Part shown: positions 1 through 10,008 of the stretch, one piece after another
How positions within the stretch are numbered: position 1 is the first letter of the stretch
Layout of the letters: every line of letters begins with the position of its first letter
From: a bacterium
Lineage (GTDB): Bacteria > Vulcanimicrobiota > Vulcanimicrobiia > Vulcanimicrobiales > SCRA01
Direction of reading: 5' to 3'
NCBI GenBank assembly: GCA_004297985.1
Contig: SCRA01000044.1
Coordinates: 14,262 to 78,261, forward strand
DNA: 64,000 bases
The notes under the pieces: model-generated
Databases searched by the model: none
What the model was told of the DNA's origin: nothing
What the model saw: only the letters and a program-made list of their open reading frames with translations
Made by a program: the position numbers and the translations under genes

Positions 1-312
1 CACAGCCGGCGTATGCAGACCGTCGACCGTATCCGGAACGACCATCCCGTGCCAGGAGATCGTCTGCGGATCGCGCGTGCGGTTGCGCAGCTCCACGACC
101 ATGCGATGCCCCTCACGGACGCGCAGCGGCGCCGCCGGCACCGTTCCGCCATAGGAGCGCGTTCGCGTTACCAATCCCGGGCGCACCTCCCATGACGTCT
201 CCTGAGCCGTAAGAACGACGTCGGGGCGCCGGGCAGCGCGTGCGTATGGCAGATCCACGCTCGCGAGCGCGCCGGTCGCGGCCAGCGAAGCTATCATAGC
301 GATACGGTTCAT
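1..312 (-). CDS. Multicopper oxidase family protein, N-terminal fragment (runs off window edge)
   Basis: My translation of the reverse strand from the ATG at 310-312 gives MNRIAMIASLAATGALASVDLPYA (signal-like). It continues ...LRVREGHRMVVELRNRTRDPQTISWHGMVVPDTVDG, a cupredoxin domain-1 WHG-type copper motif. No stop before position 1. Confidence 0.55.
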   Translation of the reverse strand, partial: MNRIAMIASLAATGALASVDLPYARAARRPDVVLTAQETSWEVRPGLVTRTRSYGGTVPAAPLRVREGHRMVVELRNRTRDPQTISWHGMVVPDTVDGLHTPAV

Positions 313-482
313 CCGCGGCGGCTCTCCTCGTAACTGCAAAGCTCCCATCGTACGTCAGCCTAGCATCGCGCTGGGAACGGCGTGAGAAGCGAACGCCACC
401 AGACACCCGCGAGGCCATTCGAGGGCGCACCCCGAAGACCAAGCGACCGGCGGCGTATGGAGACGCCAGAACGCCGGGGGGA

Positions 483-2309
483 GTGCCCCGTATGCTCAAC
501 GACCTGACGATTCGCGCGGCAACGGTGAACGGCTCGGGGAGTCAATCCTCGAACCTCGTTCTCACCCACGCGCTCGTCCGCCTCGGCATCCCCGTGGCGC
601 CCAAGAACATCTTCCCGTCCAACATCGAGGGCCTGCCCACCTGGTTCGACGTGCGCCTCTCGCCGCGCGGCTACCAATGCCGCAGCCGCGACGTGGACGT
701 GCTCGTAGCGCTGAACCTCGTCACTTGGGAGAGCGACATCGCCAGCGTCAAGCCGGGCGGCGTGATCGTGCACGACGCATCGTACACGGTTCACGGTGCA
801 ACGGCGCGCGACGACGTCACGTACTATCCCGTTCCGTTCACTGAGCTCTCCAAAGAGCACTTCCCACAGGGTTCGCCGCGCAAGTACTTGATCAACATGA
901 TCTACGTCGGCGTGCTGGCACAGATCCTGGCCATCGATCTCGCCGCCGTCGAGGGGGCGCTGCGCGATCAGTTCAAGCGCAAGCCGGCCGCGGTGGAGCT
1001 GAACCTCTCCGCCGTACACCTCGGCTACGAGTACGCGCGCGATCATCTGCCCAAAGTCGATTCCTATCGCGTCGAGCCCATGCCCGGCGGCACCGACGGC
1101 TTGATGCTGATGGACGGCAATCGCGGCGCGGCGCTGGGCTGCGTGATGGGCGGCTGTACCGTGGCAGCCTGGTATCCCATCACCCCTTCGACCTCGCTGT
1201 GCGAGACCTTCATCGAGTACTGCGATCGTTTTCGCGTCGATCCCGCCACCAAGGAGCGCAGAGCGGCCATCATTCAGGCCGAGGACGAGCTCGCGGCTAT
1301 CGGCATGGTGATCGGAGCCGGCTGGGCGGGGGCGCGCGCGATGACCTCCACCTCCGGTCCCGGCATCTCGCTGATGGCGGAGACGGCGGGCTTCGCCTAC
1401 TACGCGGAGATCCCCGGCGTCGTCTTCGACGTCCAGCGCGCGGGGCCATCGACCGGCCTGCCCACGCGCACGATGCAAGGTGACGTCTCGTTCGCCGCAC
1501 AGCTCTCGCACGGCGACACCAAGCACATCGTCCTACTCCCGGCCACGGTAGAGGAATCGTACGAGTTCGCGATGAGTGCCTTCGATCTCGCGGACCGTTT
1601 CCAAACCCCCGTCTTCGTGCTGAGCGATCTCGATCTCGGCATGAACCTCTGGCTCACCACACCGCTCGCCTATCCCGAACATCCCTTCGATCGCGGTAAG
1701 GTGCTCTCGGCGGAGGACCTCGGAAGGCTCTCGACCTGGGGACGCTACCGCGACGTCGACGGCGACGGCATCCCGTATCGCACGATTCCCGGCACACCGC
1801 ACCCCAACGCGGGATACTTCACCCGCGGGTCGGGGCACGACGAGGAGTCGCGCTACTCCGAGAGCCCCGAGGTCTACCAGCGTAACCTCGATCGGCTTCT
1901 GCGCAAGTACGAGACGGCGCGCGGCGCCGTGCCGCAGCCATTGGTCGAGGAAACGGGACCCGATGTAGCCATCCTCGCTTACGGCACCACGCACCACGCC
2001 GTCGTCGAGGCGCGCGACATCCTGCGCCAGGACGGGCTCGCGGTCGACTACCTGCGCGTTCGCGCCCTGCCTTTCACTCCGGAGATCGCGGCGTTCATCG
2101 CGCGTCACCAGCGCGTCTACGTCGTCGAGCAGAACCGTGACGGCCAGCTCTTCGGTCTCTTGCGCGCCGAGCTTCCGGCGAATCTCGTCGAGCGCCTGCA
2201 CTCCATCCGCCACTACACGGGCGAGCCTATCGACGCCTCCGCCGTCACCGTACCCTTGCTCCACGCCGAGCGCACCGCCGATCAGGCGGTTGCCGCGGCC
2301 GTCTCCTGA
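483..2309 (+). CDS. korA: 2-oxoacid:ferredoxin oxidoreductase, alpha (fused gamma/alpha) subunit
   Basis: 608 aa. N-terminus IRAATVNGSGSQSSN and the overall KorA/PorA-like layout fit the family, and the beta subunit follows 12 nt downstream. The start may be the ATG at 492 rather than the GTG at 483. Confidence 0.88.
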   Translation: MPRMLNDLTIRAATVNGSGSQSSNLVLTHALVRLGIPVAPKNIFPSNIEGLPTWFDVRLSPRGYQCRSRDVDVLVALNLVTWESDIASVKPGGVIVHDASYTVHGATARDDVTYYPVPFTELSKEHFPQGSPRKYLINMIYVGVLAQILAIDLAAVEGALRDQFKRKPAAVELNLSAVHLGYEYARDHLPKVDSYRVEPMPGGTDGLMLMDGNRGAALGCVMGGCTVAAWYPITPSTSLCETFIEYCDRFRVDPATKERRAAIIQAEDELAAIGMVIGAGWAGARAMTSTSGPGISLMAETAGFAYYAEIPGVVFDVQRAGPSTGLPTRTMQGDVSFAAQLSHGDTKHIVLLPATVEESYEFAMSAFDLADRFQTPVFVLSDLDLGMNLWLTTPLAYPEHPFDRGKVLSAEDLGRLSTWGRYRDVDGDGIPYRTIPGTPHPNAGYFTRGSGHDEESRYSESPEVYQRNLDRLLRKYETARGAVPQPLVEETGPDVAILAYGTTHHAVVEARDILRQDGLAVDYLRVRALPFTPEIAAFIARHQRVYVVEQNRDGQLFGLLRAELPANLVERLHSIRHYTGEPIDASAVTVPLLHAERTADQAVAAAVS

Positions 2310-2320
2310 GGTCTCCACGC

Positions 2321-3361
2321 ATGGACACCATTCCCAAGAGCAGTGTCAACGTCAATGCCAGCGGCCTTACCCGCGACGTCTACAAGGGCTCACCCTCCAC
2401 GCTCTGCGCGGGCTGCGGCCACAACTCGATCACCAATCACCTGATCAAGGCGCTCTACGAGTACGGCATCGAGCCGCATCTGCTGGCGAAGATGAGCGGC
2501 ATCGGCTGCTCTTCGAAGACACCGGCCTACTTCGTCGAGCGCGCACACGGCTACAACGGTCTGCACGGGCGCATGCCATCGGCGGCAACAGGCGCCAAAC
2601 TCGCCAATCGCGAGCTGTTCTTGCTGGGCATCAGCGGTGACGGAGACACCGCCAGCATCGGCCTCGGGCAGTACTGCCACCTCATCCGCCGCAACCTCGA
2701 CTGCACCTACATCGTCGAGGACAACGGCTGCTACGGCCTGACCAAGGGCCAGTTCTCCGCCACGGCGGACTTGGGCTCGGTGCTCAAGCGCGGCCAAGTC
2801 AACGAGTTCGAGATGATCGATCTCTGCGGCCTCGCTATCGAGCTGGGGGCCACGTTCGTCGCGCGCTCCTTCTCGGGTGACGGCAAGCAGCTCGTGCCGC
2901 TTCTGCAGGCGGCGTTCTCTCATCGCGGCGCGGCCATCCTCGACGTGATCAGCCCCTGCGTCACCTTCAACGATCACGAAGGCTCGACCAAGAGCTACGC
3001 CTACGTCAAGGACCATGAGGTTCCGCTCCACGGTACGGACTACTTCGCGCCGCGCGCCGAGATCGTGGTCGACTACGAACCGGGAACGGTGCGCGAGATC
3101 ACGCTGGAGGACGGCGCGCACATCATGCTGCGCAAACTCCACGATGACTACGACCCCACCGACCGCATCCAGGCCCTGCGCACGCTCCACGACGCGCGAA
3201 CGCAGGGCGAGTTGGTCACGGGGCTGCTCTACGTCGATACCGGCGCGAGTGATCTCTGCGAGCGCGAGCGCATGCCACGCGCTCCGCTGGCTGCGTTCGG
3301 TGAAGACGACCTGCGCATCTCGCGCGACGACTGGTCCACGCTGATGGCGTCATTCGGGTAA
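2321..3361 (+). CDS. korB: 2-oxoacid:ferredoxin oxidoreductase, beta (TPP-binding) subunit
   Basis: 346 aa with CAGCGHNSI near the N-terminus and a GISGDGD TPP-binding motif. Adjacent to korA. Confidence 0.9.
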   Translation: MDTIPKSSVNVNASGLTRDVYKGSPSTLCAGCGHNSITNHLIKALYEYGIEPHLLAKMSGIGCSSKTPAYFVERAHGYNGLHGRMPSAATGAKLANRELFLLGISGDGDTASIGLGQYCHLIRRNLDCTYIVEDNGCYGLTKGQFSATADLGSVLKRGQVNEFEMIDLCGLAIELGATFVARSFSGDGKQLVPLLQAAFSHRGAAILDVISPCVTFNDHEGSTKSYAYVKDHEVPLHGTDYFAPRAEIVVDYEPGTVREITLEDGAHIMLRKLHDDYDPTDRIQALRTLHDARTQGELVTGLLYVDTGASDLCERERMPRAPLAAFGEDDLRISRDDWSTLMASFG

Positions 3362-3448
3362 CACTCTTCTGAACCTAGCGTGAGCCCGCCGTGAAGATAT
3401 GCTGTGGCGATGGGGATCGCGCCACCGGCCGTCTAACCTAGTGCCGCC

Positions 3449-4579
3449 ATGCTCTTCCGCAAGCCCCAAGTCCGCATCGCAGTTTGGATCGCCGCGGGCG
3501 TGCTCATCCTCGCCGTGGGCTACCGCCTCTTGGGCGGCGCCGTCCTCGACCGCCTCCAGCACCAAGCCGCCATGCAGTCCGCGCAGAGCGCGTTCGGCAG
3601 CCACAAGCTCAACGTCTTGATCCTGGGCTACCAGGATGACGAGGGTACTTCGGATACCGTCATCCTCGCGCACCTCGACGTCGACCGGCGTACGGGCACG
3701 CTGGTCTCGATCCCGCGCGACAGTTGGGTGGCGATCCCCGGCCACGGACATTGGAAGATCAACGCGGCGATGGGTTACGGCGGGCCCCAACTCGCCGCGA
3801 AGGTGATCGGTGTGCTCACCGGCGCGCCCATCGACGCGACGATCGCCATTCAACCCGAGGGGGCGGCGCAGATCGTCGACGCCATGGGCGGTCTCAACGT
3901 GGACGTCGACGAGACCATGAACTACGACGACAACTATGGCCGGCTGCACATCCATCTCAAGAAGGGCGAGCAGTACCTGACCGGGAGCCAAGTCGTAGGT
4001 TACATGCGCTTCCGCCACGATGCCGCCTCCGACTGGGGGCGCATGCACCGTCAGCAGCAGGTGCTTACGGCGATGATGAATCAGCTCAGCCAGCCGCAGA
4101 ACTGGGCAAAGCTCCCGCGCCTGCTCCAATTCGCGCGCAAAGACCTCAAGACCACGCTCTCCGGCGGCCAGCTTGCCGCCCTGCTCGAGATCTACCGCGG
4201 CGTCCCTCAGGACAACATCCGCACCTTCACTCTTCCCGCCAAAGCCGGCTGGGTCGGCGATGCCTCGGTGGTCTTCGTGGATCAGCGCTGGGCGAAGCTC
4301 ATCGGCCGATTCGTCTTCACCAAGAACGAGCCTCCGCAGGATCAGGTGCTGGTGGCCAACGCTACCGGCAACACCGAACTCGACAAGACGCTCATCGGTG
4401 CGATGCGCGGAGGCGGATGGAACGTGCAAACCTTCGTCGACGAGTCGGCGAAGCCGGCGAGTCTGGTCCTGGGTTCCTCACCGGCGGCCCGCGCGCTCGC
4501 GCAGGCGTTCGCCGTCAAGCAGACGCCGAGCGCGAGGACGACACTCGTCCTGGGCGAGGACCTGGCACCCGGCGTCTAG
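3449..4579 (+). CDS. LCP (LytR-CpsA-Psr) family cell-envelope protein with LytR_C tail
   Basis: N-terminal TM helix. LCP core LNVLILGYQDDEGTSDTVILAHLD...LVSIPRDSWV. C-terminal VLVANATGNTELDK...LVLG is LytR_C-like. Confidence 0.85.
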   Translation: MLFRKPQVRIAVWIAAGVLILAVGYRLLGGAVLDRLQHQAAMQSAQSAFGSHKLNVLILGYQDDEGTSDTVILAHLDVDRRTGTLVSIPRDSWVAIPGHGHWKINAAMGYGGPQLAAKVIGVLTGAPIDATIAIQPEGAAQIVDAMGGLNVDVDETMNYDDNYGRLHIHLKKGEQYLTGSQVVGYMRFRHDAASDWGRMHRQQQVLTAMMNQLSQPQNWAKLPRLLQFARKDLKTTLSGGQLAALLEIYRGVPQDNIRTFTLPAKAGWVGDASVVFVDQRWAKLIGRFVFTKNEPPQDQVLVANATGNTELDKTLIGAMRGGGWNVQTFVDESAKPASLVLGSSPAARALAQAFAVKQTPSARTTLVLGEDLAPGV

Positions 4580-4670
4580 CGGGGCGTTTCGCGAGGGACG
4601 CAACCAGGCGTTTAGCAATTCTGCGAACGGGGTACCGTCGGAACATAGCGCCCTGTGAAGGGAGTCCGGC

Positions 4671-5270
4671 ATGTTCGCTCGGGATCCGCTCTTTTGGCGC
4701 GCCGGCGCGGTCAGTTCCCTGATCGTGACGCTCGTCGTTCTGGCGATGCTCACCACCGACACGCTCCGCGTCATCACGGCCGGCGGGCAGAACGTGCCCA
4801 CCTACACCGTGATCAACCACCAGATCGGCTACGAGTACGTCACCGACCGCAACGAGTACATGCCCACCATCGGTGGGCAGGAGCCGCTCTTCGGAAAGAT
4901 CTATAGCCCCGCGCAAGCCGAGGCACTGGTGCGCCATGGCAAGCTCGTCATCCAGAGCCGCGCGTGTCTGGACTGCCATACCATGTTCGGCACCGGCGCC
5001 TACTATGCGCCGGACCTCACCAAGGCGTGGCTCGATCCCGCGTGGGAGCACCTATGGATGCCGATGACCGGCACCCATACGCGCGCCGACGCAATCGCTG
5101 CGTTCCTCCAGCACCCCGAGCAGTATCCCACGTGGACCCGTGAGATGCCCAACCTGCACCTCACGCTGGACGAGGCGCAAGCGGTGGTGGCCTACCTCAA
5201 GTGGGTCTCCGCGGTCAACACGAACGGCTTCCCGTACGGCTTCAAGACGGCCGCCGCGGGGGGCACCTAA
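4671..5270 (+). CDS. norC: Nitric oxide reductase cytochrome c subunit NorC
   Basis: One N-terminal TM helix and a single haem-c site CLDCH followed by TMFGTGAYYAPDL. The C-terminus MPNLHLTLDEAQAVVAYLKWVSAVNTNGFP closely parallels canonical NorC. Confidence 0.8.
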   Translation: MFARDPLFWRAGAVSSLIVTLVVLAMLTTDTLRVITAGGQNVPTYTVINHQIGYEYVTDRNEYMPTIGGQEPLFGKIYSPAQAEALVRHGKLVIQSRACLDCHTMFGTGAYYAPDLTKAWLDPAWEHLWMPMTGTHTRADAIAAFLQHPEQYPTWTREMPNLHLTLDEAQAVVAYLKWVSAVNTNGFPYGFKTAAAGGT

Positions 5271-5284
5271 AAGAGAGGCACGGC

Positions 5285-6709
5285 ATGCAAGAGCGCCTCA
5301 GTTTTCCCGAATCGCAGAGCCTGGCCCTCAAGTACTTCACCGTCTCCGTGGTGCTCTTCGGTATCGTGGTCGTGGCCGGCCTGTTGGCGGCGATCGACTA
5401 CGTGCATCCGCAGTTCCTCTATCCCGCGCTGCCCTTCAGCATCCTCAAGATCCTGCATATCGACGTGCTGATCATCTGGATCCTGATGGCCTTCATGGGG
5501 GCGCTCTTCTGGTTGCTTCCCGCGGAGTACGGGCGGGAGCTGGTGGGCCTCAAGCTCGCCAACATCATCTTCTGGATCTTCTGCGCCACGGTGCTCGTGG
5601 TCGCCGCCATCTTCGTCTTCGTGCAGGTCGGCCCGGGCACGGAGAAGACGCTCTGGCTCGTCAATCAAGGACGTAAGTACGTCGAGGAACCGCGCTGGGC
5701 GGCGATCATCGTGGCCATCGGCGTCGCCGTCTTCGTCTACAACATCGTGGGAACCGCTATCGCCAGCAAGCGCGTCACGGGCGTGGTCTGGGTGGTCATC
5801 CTCAACCTCGTGCCGCTCTTCTTCCTCTACCTCATCGCCTTCCCGGCACCGACCAACATCTCCGTCGATCAGTTCTGGTGGTGGTGGCTGGTGCACTTCT
5901 GGGTCGAGGCGACCTGGGAGGTGATGATCGGCTCGATCGTGGCGCTGGTGCTGATGCGCCTGATGGGCACCTCGCGCAGGATCGTGGAGACCTGGCTCTA
6001 CATCGAAGTGGCGCTGGTGTTGGCCACCGGCGTCTTGGGTATCGGCCACCACTACTTCTGGATGGGGGCGCCGGCCTACTGGCTGGGGATCGGCGGCTTC
6101 TTCTCCGCCCTCGAGCCGCTGCCGCTCTTGGGTATGGTGGTGCATGCCGTCTACGACGCCGGCGAGCACCACATGAAGATGACCAACGAGCCCGCCTTCT
6201 ACTGGATGATGGCGGAGGCATTCGGCAACTTCATCGGTGCCGGTATCTTCGGTTTCATGATCACCCTGCCGCAGATCAACCTCTTCGCGCACGGCACGCA
6301 GTGGACGGCATCCCACGGCCACTTCGCCATGTGGGGAGCCTACTGCGGCGTGATCTCGGTGATCTACCTCGCGCTGCAGGACCACCGCCGCGCTGCGCTC
6401 TTCGCCGGTGCGACGTGGAAGTGGGGTTTCGCCCTGCTCAACGGCGGGATGATCGGCATGGTCGGCTCGCTGATGATGGCGGGAATGGCGCAGGCCTTCT
6501 ACGAGCGCGCGATCGGCGGATCGACGTTCAACGCCTTCGTCTCGGCGTCGTCGTCTCCGTGGTTCATCGAGGGCTTGGGAATGCGGCTGGTCTTCGCCAT
6601 CGTCTTCACCGCGGGGTACGTCGTTCTCGCCTACGATCTGCTCACCATCGGGAAGCGCGTGCTCGAGACCTCGCGGGCCGGCGGCCCGGCGCGCGCACCG
6701 GCGGAATGA
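5285..6709 (+). CDS. norB: Nitric oxide reductase large subunit NorB (cNOR type)
   Basis: ATG at 5285 with an AGAGAGG RBS upstream. 12-TM haem-copper superfamily protein with WWWLVHFWVEATWEV and HGHFAMWGAYC motifs typical of NorB. Earlier in-frame residues of ORF 5201.. overlap norC and look non-coding. Confidence 0.85.
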   Translation: MQERLSFPESQSLALKYFTVSVVLFGIVVVAGLLAAIDYVHPQFLYPALPFSILKILHIDVLIIWILMAFMGALFWLLPAEYGRELVGLKLANIIFWIFCATVLVVAAIFVFVQVGPGTEKTLWLVNQGRKYVEEPRWAAIIVAIGVAVFVYNIVGTAIASKRVTGVVWVVILNLVPLFFLYLIAFPAPTNISVDQFWWWWLVHFWVEATWEVMIGSIVALVLMRLMGTSRRIVETWLYIEVALVLATGVLGIGHHYFWMGAPAYWLGIGGFFSALEPLPLLGMVVHAVYDAGEHHMKMTNEPAFYWMMAEAFGNFIGAGIFGFMITLPQINLFAHGTQWTASHGHFAMWGAYCGVISVIYLALQDHRRAALFAGATWKWGFALLNGGMIGMVGSLMMAGMAQAFYERAIGGSTFNAFVSASSSPWFIEGLGMRLVFAIVFTAGYVVLAYDLLTIGKRVLETSRAGGPARAPAE

Positions 6710-6719
6710 GGGGAGATCC

Positions 6720-7004
6720 ATGCTCCCGTGGCAAGTGCTCGCAACCTCGAGCCTGCTGGGGGCTTTCGCCTTCATGGGCGGCGGCTATGCCGTGCTCTTC
6801 GTCGCCGCCATGCTCTCCGAGCGCCGGCCCCTGACGCGCATCGCCTATGCCTGCTACGCCGCGCAGTGCGCGTGCCTGCTTACCGTACTCTGGATATCTC
6901 CGTTGGAGGTAATCTGGAAGATCTTTCTCATCGGCAGTTGTGCGGCGTACGCCGTCATCCCGCCCATCACGTGGCGATACCTGCGCCGGCTCCACGGCGC
7001 ATGA
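6720..7004 (+). CDS. Small 3-TM membrane protein downstream of norB (possible NorH-like accessory subunit)
   Basis: 94 aa and hydrophobic. GGGGAG RBS about 6 nt before the ATG, 10 nt after the norB stop. No family motif recognised. Confidence 0.45.
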   Translation: MLPWQVLATSSLLGAFAFMGGGYAVLFVAAMLSERRPLTRIAYACYAAQCACLLTVLWISPLEVIWKIFLIGSCAAYAVIPPITWRYLRRLHGA

Positions 7005-7018
7005 GAGGTTGACATACA

Positions 7019-7369
7019 ATGCTCTCCAACATCGCGAGCACGATTCTTGGCCTGCTGCTCGTCTACGCATCGGTACTCGACCAGCGCTTCGTCCTCTCGC
7101 CTGCTTGGACATGGCTGGGCAGCGTCGCGGGTATCGTGATCGTCGTCCTGGCGCTCTGGTCACGCGGTCTGGACTACCACCCGTGGCATGCTAATACGGC
7201 GCTGGCACTGGGAGTCTCTCTCGTGGGGTCGACATTGATCGAGCGCGCGATCGTCACACCGAGCGCCGCCGTCACCTGGATCGTCTTCTGGGTGGGTCTG
7301 CTGGTGGCGTTCTTCGCCCTCTGGGCTGCGCTCTATCACCCCTCCGCCGAAGCGATGGCCGAAGAGTAA
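7019..7369 (+). CDS. Small 4-TM membrane protein, SPW-repeat-like
   Basis: 116 aa, 4 predicted TM helices with LSPAWTW and YHPWHAN strings reminiscent of SPW-repeat proteins. GAGG RBS upstream. Confidence 0.45.
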   Translation: MLSNIASTILGLLLVYASVLDQRFVLSPAWTWLGSVAGIVIVVLALWSRGLDYHPWHANTALALGVSLVGSTLIERAIVTPSAAVTWIVFWVGLLVAFFALWAALYHPSAEAMAEE

Positions 7370-7438
7370 GTCCCAGGATGTTCTCCCAACGTTTTCCTGA
7401 CGATGCTGCGCGGCCGGGGCAGCAGGCTGGAGGTATCT

Positions 7439-8239
7439 ATGGACGAGCTTTCACGGAACGACTTTCTCAAACTCGCGGGCATCGCGGGGACGGCCACCGC
7501 CGTCGGCGAGGGCGCACCAGCGCTTCTGAGGCCTGATGCGGCCGACGCCGCCCCAGTCAAAGCCCTGCTGCTACAACCGCAGGCGTTCACGTACCTGACG
7601 CAGCCGGAGCAAGCCTTCGTGGAGGCGGCGATCGATCGCCTGATCCCGAAAGACGCCTCGAGCCCCAGCGCCAAAGATGCCGGTGTCGCCTACTACATCG
7701 ACCAGCAGCTTGCCGGGGCGTGGGGCACAGGCGCGCGGCAATACCGCCAAGGACCATGGCAGCAGGGAACCCCGGAGCAAGGCTACCAGCTCAACATGGT
7801 TCCGCAGCAGTTGTACCGTATCGGGATCGCGCAGACGAATGCCCACTGCCGGAAGACATACGGTAAAACGTTCGACGCTCTCTCATCCGTGCACCAAGAC
7901 GAGATATTACACGGATTGGAAGGCGGTAAGATCGCGCTCGCCGAGGTTCCCGCCAAAGCATTCTTCGACACATTGCTCGGAAATACGGTCGAGGGGTTCT
8001 TCGCGGATCCGCTCTACGGAGGCAATCGCAACAAGGCCGGCTGGAAGGCCATCGGGTTCCCGGGCGTCGCCGCAGCGTATACCGGCGTGATCGAGAGACA
8101 CAACATTCCCTATAGAGTGAAGCCCGTCGGTATCGCCGACGTGGAGCAGGGGATGGACCCTGATCCCGACCGTGCGGAGAACGACGAGCATCGACGGCGT
8201 GTGGCGATGATGCACGGCAACACGCGGCGGGAGGGATAG
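7439..8239 (+). CDS. Gluconate 2-dehydrogenase subunit 3 (gamma) family protein, Tat-signal
   Basis: ATG at 7439 with a GGAGG RBS. Tat-like SRNDFLKLAGIAGTATAVG signal. Sits directly upstream of a GMC flavoprotein, as in gluconate 2-DH clusters. Confidence 0.78.
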   Translation: MDELSRNDFLKLAGIAGTATAVGEGAPALLRPDAADAAPVKALLLQPQAFTYLTQPEQAFVEAAIDRLIPKDASSPSAKDAGVAYYIDQQLAGAWGTGARQYRQGPWQQGTPEQGYQLNMVPQQLYRIGIAQTNAHCRKTYGKTFDALSSVHQDEILHGLEGGKIALAEVPAKAFFDTLLGNTVEGFFADPLYGGNRNKAGWKAIGFPGVAAAYTGVIERHNIPYRVKPVGIADVEQGMDPDPDRAENDEHRRRVAMMHGNTRREG

Positions 8240-8243
8240 TGCC

Positions 8244-10001
8244 ATGACTACCAGGCTGAAATCCGTCGATGTGGTCACTATCGGGGTCGGCTGGACGGGC
8301 GGCATCGTGGCGGCGGAGCTCACCAAGGCCGGGTATCACGTGGTCGGGCTCGAGCGCGGCGAAAATCGCAATACCGACCCCGACTTCGAGATCCCGCAGA
8401 TACACGACGAGCTGGCGTATGCGGTTCGCCACAAGTTCATGCAAGACGCGGCGAAGGATACCTATACGTTCCGCAACGACGTCGAGCAGACGGCGCTCCC
8501 CATCCGCTACTTGAGCGGCTTTCTGCCGGGGACGGGCTTGGGGGGCGCGGGCGTCCACTGGAATGGTCAGACCTGGCGTTTCTTGCCCTGGGATTTCGAG
8601 ACGCGCAGCGCAACCGTCAAGCGCTACGGCGAGGAAAAACTCAACGGCGCGACGAGCCAGGACTGGGGGATCACCTACGAGGAGCTCGAGCCTTCGTTCG
8701 ACAAGTTCGATTATGCGGCCGGAATCGCCGGCAAAGCCGGCAACATCAAGGGCACGATCCAGCCGGGCGGCAACGCGTTCGAGGGGCCGCGCTCGCGCGA
8801 GTACCCCAATCCGCCGATGAAAACCAGCTATGCCGGTCTACTCTTCCGGGAAGCCGCAAAGAAGCTAGGATACCACCCCTTCCCGCAACCTTCGGCGAAC
8901 GTAACGCGTCCTTACACCAACCCCGATGGGGCGAAGTTCGGCGCCTGCGTGTACTGCGGCTACTGCGAACGATTCGGTTGTGAGATGTTCGCCAAATCCA
9001 GCCCTCAGCTCGCGGTTATCCCGGTTGCCATGAAGACCGGGAACTATGAACTGCGCACCGGCTGCAACGTCACCAAGATCAACCTCGACAGTACCGGGAA
9101 GCGCGCCGTCAGCGTGACCTACGTCGACGGGCTCGGCAGAGAGTTTGAACAGCCCGCCGAGATGATCTTTCTGACGTCGTTCATTCTCAACAACGTACGT
9201 CTGCTGCTCGTCTCCGGCGTCGGCAAACCGTACGATCCGGCGAGCGGCGAGGGCGTTATCGGGCGCAACTATACGTACCAGATGAACACCGGCGGCACGT
9301 ACTTCTTCAACAACAAGGCCTTCAACTCGTTCATGGGTGCCGGTGCTATGGGCGTCGCCGTCGACGATTTCAACGGCGACAACTTCGATCATAGAGACGT
9401 CGACTTCGTTGGCGGCGCGTACCTCCTCGTCGGCAGCACCGGTGCCCGGCCGATCCAATACCACCCGGTGCCGCCGGGGACACCAAGCTGGGGCGCCGAG
9501 TGGAAGAAACAGGTCGTGAAGTACTACGACCGCGCGATCGGGATCAATGCCAGCGGCGGCGTGCAGGCGTATCGCGGAAACTACCTCGATCTCGACCCAA
9601 CCTATCGCGACGCCTATGGCCTGCCGCTGCTCCGTATCACGTTCGATTGGGGCCCGAACGAGCTCAACCAATCGAAGTTCATGGCTGAGATTCTCAAGAA
9701 GATCGGGAAAGCCATCAACGCGGACATCGTAGCCGTCGCGCCCCGTACCGGCCACTACAACAGCACGATCTACCAGAGCACGCACAATATCGGCGGCGCG
9801 ATCATGGGCAGCGATCCCGAGAACAGCGCTGTCAATAAGTACCTCCAAAGCTGGGACGTCCACAACGTCTTCGTGCTCGGCGCCTCCGCGTTCCCGCAGA
9901 ACTCCGCCTACAACCCGACGGCAATGCTTTGCGCGTTGGCGTACTGGAATGTCGACAACGTCATCAAGAACTATGTGAAACACCCCGGCCCACTGGTCTA
10001 G
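8244..10001 (+). CDS. GMC family FAD oxidoreductase (gluconate 2-dehydrogenase alpha-like)
   Basis: 585 aa with N-terminal VDVVTIGVGWTGG Rossmann motif and a GMC C-terminal region. No cytochrome c third subunit follows. Confidence 0.88.
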   Translation: MTTRLKSVDVVTIGVGWTGGIVAAELTKAGYHVVGLERGENRNTDPDFEIPQIHDELAYAVRHKFMQDAAKDTYTFRNDVEQTALPIRYLSGFLPGTGLGGAGVHWNGQTWRFLPWDFETRSATVKRYGEEKLNGATSQDWGITYEELEPSFDKFDYAAGIAGKAGNIKGTIQPGGNAFEGPRSREYPNPPMKTSYAGLLFREAAKKLGYHPFPQPSANVTRPYTNPDGAKFGACVYCGYCERFGCEMFAKSSPQLAVIPVAMKTGNYELRTGCNVTKINLDSTGKRAVSVTYVDGLGREFEQPAEMIFLTSFILNNVRLLLVSGVGKPYDPASGEGVIGRNYTYQMNTGGTYFFNNKAFNSFMGAGAMGVAVDDFNGDNFDHRDVDFVGGAYLLVGSTGARPIQYHPVPPGTPSWGAEWKKQVVKYYDRAIGINASGGVQAYRGNYLDLDPTYRDAYGLPLLRITFDWGPNELNQSKFMAEILKKIGKAINADIVAVAPRTGHYNSTIYQSTHNIGGAIMGSDPENSAVNKYLQSWDVHNVFVLGASAFPQNSAYNPTAMLCALAYWNVDNVIKNYVKHPGPLV

Positions 10002-10008
10002 GACCGCG

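Noticed and set aside
360-1526. 388-aa minus-strand ORF antisense to korA
   Set aside because: Arg/Gly/Ala-rich, no recognisable motif, and it fully overlaps a gene with strong family signatures. This is a typical shadow ORF in GC-rich DNA.
4580-4670. Fnr/Dnr box (TTGAT-N4-ATCAA) upstream of norC
   Set aside because: I found no such palindrome in the 91-nt leader or upstream of ccoN. The few TTGAT occurrences I saw are inside coding regions and lack the partner half-site.
5267-6775. 502-aa minus-strand ORF antisense to norB
   Set aside because: Highly charged, low-complexity translation (runs of R, D, E, H) opposite a clear NorB. Shadow frame.
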